Source: Promethearchaeota archaeon | Lineage (GTDB): Archaea > Asgardarchaeota > Hermodarchaeia > Hermodarchaeales > Hermodarchaeaceae | Reading direction: 5' to 3' | Length of the DNA: 19,057 bases | NCBI GenBank assembly: GCA_048938385.1 | Contig: JBHLMG010000029.1 | Location: 1 to 19,057, forward strand | Shown here: in pieces, positions 16,693 to 19,057 of the stretch | Layout of the letters: every line of letters starts with the position of its first letter | How positions within the stretch are numbered: the stretch's first letter is position 1 | Translations under genes and position numbers: made by a program | Notes under the pieces: generated by a model | Databases searched by the model: none | What the model was told of the DNA's origin: nothing | What the model saw: only the letters and a program-made list of their open reading frames with translations

Positions 16693-18534
16693 TCAAAGAA
16701 AGAGAGAAGCGGCATATGTAGCCGAAAAATCAGAGTGTCGGGCAAGATCGAGGAATTCAACATTTTTAGCCAACTGCGCAGCCTCTTCCCGGTACGGCAT
16801 GGATAACAATGCCATCTCTGCTCCGGCCAACGCTGCGTTGCCGATGAATGCGACTCGGTCAAGAGGAACCTTAGGAATCAGCCCGATGCGCTGTGCACTT
16901 GCAGGGTTGAGATAGTTTCCAAAGGCTCCAGCAATAAAGACCTGAGTAATTTCTTCTGCTTGGATGTCTTGATACCGGAGGAGAAGTGTGTAGCCGGTTT
17001 GAATAGCCGCTTTAGCAAGAAGTAATTGTGAGATATCATGTTCAGATACGGTGATGCGGGTTGGAACCTTGCGAGATTTTTTGCTGTACAGGAGAAGAGC
17101 ACGAGTGTTTCCTGTAGTAAGGAGGTATGGTCGAGCTTTAGAAGTGAATCGACCTTTTTCAGAGAGGAAGCCCGCATCGACCAATTGGGCGATAGTATCG
17201 ACGACGCCGGAACCACAGATTCCGATGGGTTCGGTATCATCAATAGTCTCTATTTGGAAATTCATTGTTTGGGAGTCAAATGTTACTCGTTCGATTGCTC
17301 CACTGACGGCCTTCATACCATGTTCGATCTGCGCCCCCTCGAAAGCAGGACCTGCAGCACAGGATGTAGCAGAAATCCGGTTTTGTGTTCCCAATACCAC
17401 CTCACTATTCGTGCCAATATCAATGATTAAAGTAGGCTCTGCTCGATGATGAAGATCGGTTGCCAGAATGTCTGCAATGGCGTCAGCCCCAACGAAGCCA
17501 GCAATATTTGGAAGCACATGAACTGCAGTCTGTGCTGGGAGTCTAAGACCTAGCGATTCCGCCTGAGTATCAATGGGACCTTGAAACGGAGGAGTGAATG
17601 GACCATAAGCAAGGTATCGGGTATCTAAGCCTAAGAAGAAACTCGTCATCACTGTATTGCCAACAACGACCACTTCGTAAATTCGATCCTGAGGAACACC
17701 TTTTGCAATGACTTCTTCTATTATTGCGTTGAGCCCTTCAATCACTTTAGCTTGAAGTTCTTTGCGGGTTTCTATACTTATAGCTGCATAACTTAGTCGC
17801 GTCATGAGATCTTCGCCAAATTGAAGCTGAGGGTTTTCAACTCCAGCTATAGCTATGCGTCTCCCTGAAGTTAGAGAGTAAAGACTGCCTGCTAGTTTGG
17901 AGGTACCGATATCAAAGGCCAAGCCATAAAGAGATTCACTAGCGTCTCCAGCTTGGATGTCGAGGAGCTGGACTGAATTACGAAGTATGACTGTGACTTG
18001 ACCCCCAGCCTTACGAACTGCTTCAGGAGTTTTTGCTATTACTGTTAATGGATATTCCCAGCGAGTAGGTGTGAGTGTTGGGAAATGTCGTGCAATTTCA
18101 CTAATTACGCGTTCAGAATCAGGGATTACATTGTTGGGATCTACAGGCGGTATACGAGCTAGAAGGGCTTGGACCGACGGATGTAGGGAAATCGACTGTC
18201 GAAGTCCCTCGACTTGAATACGACGGCGTAATCCTCTCGTAGCAGGAGGAACAGTGACAACGAGATTTACTGTACCGCTAACATGCGCCTGACACGCCAG
18301 ACGAAATCCAGCTAAACGGTAATCCTCAGAGAGGAGCGCGCGCTCCGAGTCAGTGAGAGGTTGTACCGCCGTCAAGGGTGTTATATGCACGCAACATTTT
18401 CCACAAGTCCCTTGACCGCCGCATTCTGATCTCAGTTCTAACCCAATTTTCCACGCAATAGCTAGGACGCTTTGGTTAGGCTGAGTGGAAACTCGTCGAC
18501 CATCTGGTTCAAAGGTCACTGTGACATTAGGCAT
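16693..18534 (-). CDS. ATP-dependent reductive activator of corrinoid proteins (RACo/AcsV, DUF4445, ASKHA) with N-terminal [2Fe-2S] domain
   Basis: CGGQGTCGKC...RLAC ferredoxin motif; DIGTS, DIGTNSE, CAAGPAFEG, GICGSG, AGAFGNY, GNAALAGA. AGGAG RBS. Confidence 0.93.
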   Translation of the reverse strand: MPNVTVTFEPDGRRVSTQPNQSVLAIAWKIGLELRSECGGQGTCGKCCVHITPLTAVQPLTDSERALLSEDYRLAGFRLACQAHVSGTVNLVVTVPPATRGLRRRIQVEGLRQSISLHPSVQALLARIPPVDPNNVIPDSERVISEIARHFPTLTPTRWEYPLTVIAKTPEAVRKAGGQVTVILRNSVQLLDIQAGDASESLYGLAFDIGTSKLAGSLYSLTSGRRIAIAGVENPQLQFGEDLMTRLSYAAISIETRKELQAKVIEGLNAIIEEVIAKGVPQDRIYEVVVVGNTVMTSFFLGLDTRYLAYGPFTPPFQGPIDTQAESLGLRLPAQTAVHVLPNIAGFVGADAIADILATDLHHRAEPTLIIDIGTNSEVVLGTQNRISATSCAAGPAFEGAQIEHGMKAVSGAIERVTFDSQTMNFQIETIDDTEPIGICGSGVVDTIAQLVDAGFLSEKGRFTSKARPYLLTTGNTRALLLYSKKSRKVPTRITVSEHDISQLLLAKAAIQTGYTLLLRYQDIQAEEITQVFIAGAFGNYLNPASAQRIGLIPKVPLDRVAFIGNAALAGAEMALLSMPYREEAAQLAKNVEFLDLARHSDFSATYAASLFL

Positions 18535-18710
18535 CTTCTCGTACTCCTGTTAAGTCCATTAGAAAAAAGCCGATAGTGAAATATTAATGGATTTTTTCAT
18601 CAATAAGTCGACCGCTGAAATTTTATACCGTTTTGCCTATGTAAAAGTGGAAGATTATAAAGGGAAAGCATATACATTTGTCGTGCTCAACCTTTGAGGT
18701 GATAGGTAAA

Positions 18711-18956
18711 TTGGCCGGAACTCCTCCCCCGTCGGAACCCTCTGATCAACCACCCGCTCAACCACCCGTTCAACCACCAGCCCAACCCGAAGCGAAACCC
18801 CTTGCTCCAGATCAGTGTCCCCGATGCCGAAGCGAAGTGACAACTATTTTACGAAAAACACCCATTGCCTATGGTCACGAACTCACTCGAAAATGCGATA
18901 AATGTGGTAACATCTGGACCTATAAATCAAAGTTCGGCGCTGGTGCTTGGCCCTAA
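18711..18956 (+). CDS. Small Pro-rich protein with C-terminal Zn ribbon (81 aa)
   Basis: TTG 18711 preceded by GAGGTGA RBS and GAAAGCATATA promoter-like element. CPRC-x22-CDKCGNIW. Confidence 0.75.
   Translation: MAGTPPPSEPSDQPPAQPPVQPPAQPEAKPLAPDQCPRCRSEVTTILRKTPIAYGHELTRKCDKCGNIWTYKSKFGAGAWP
18747..18794 (+). repeat. 12-bp coding tandem repeat, 4 degenerate copies (QPPA/QPPV/QPPA/QPEA)
   Basis: caaccacccgct caaccacccgtt caaccaccagcc caacccgaagcg. Confidence 0.8.
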
Positions 18957-19057
18957 AGGTCCTTTACACAATTTCCTTACTTCGCTAGGGTTGTATCTAT
19001 GATGCTATATTTTTGTCTATAAAAGAGTGGGAAACCTGATTGAATCTGACCGTAAAA

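Noticed and set aside
633-17449. Numerous alternative-frame and antisense ORFs (e.g. 633..1169, 5740..6147, 9693..10226, 10917..11285, 17038..17449)
   Set aside because: All lie within or across well-supported genes and lack motifs; typical shadow ORFs.
18655-18843. 62-aa minus-strand ORF with VERV repeats
   Set aside because: It is the antisense reading of the QPPx repeat; the plus-strand gene has the RBS and Zn motif.

Overview
Gene-dense archaeal chromosomal segment with TATA-like promoters, GGAG/GGTG ribosome-binding sites and frequent GTG/TTG starts. A membrane-anchored RING-like protein and a KaiC/RAD55-V4R fusion suggest an Asgard-type archaeon (inference only). About 16 plausible CDSs, in order: small 2-TM protein, class III PLP aminotransferase, long UbiA-family prenyltransferase, apparently inactive KaiC/RAD55-V4R fusion, HAD-IB phosphatase, adenine deaminase, unknown membrane protein, two tandem ArsB/NhaD/P-protein-type transporters, alpha/beta hydrolase, TM-Zn ribbon-RING-like protein, M24 peptidase, two MFS transporters, a RACo/ASKHA corrinoid reductive activator and a small Pro-rich Zn-ribbon protein. 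The first ~135 bp are a strand-switching C-rich/G-rich tract with a 14-bp tandem repeat, G-quadruplex motifs and a terminator-like hairpin. I saw no rRNA, tRNA, CRISPR array, transposase or integrase. I cannot demonstrate a single new multi-gene system. The best leads are the pseudo-ATPase KaiC-V4R sensor, the membrane RING-like E3 candidate, the paired transporters with a degenerate motif, and the G/C tract.
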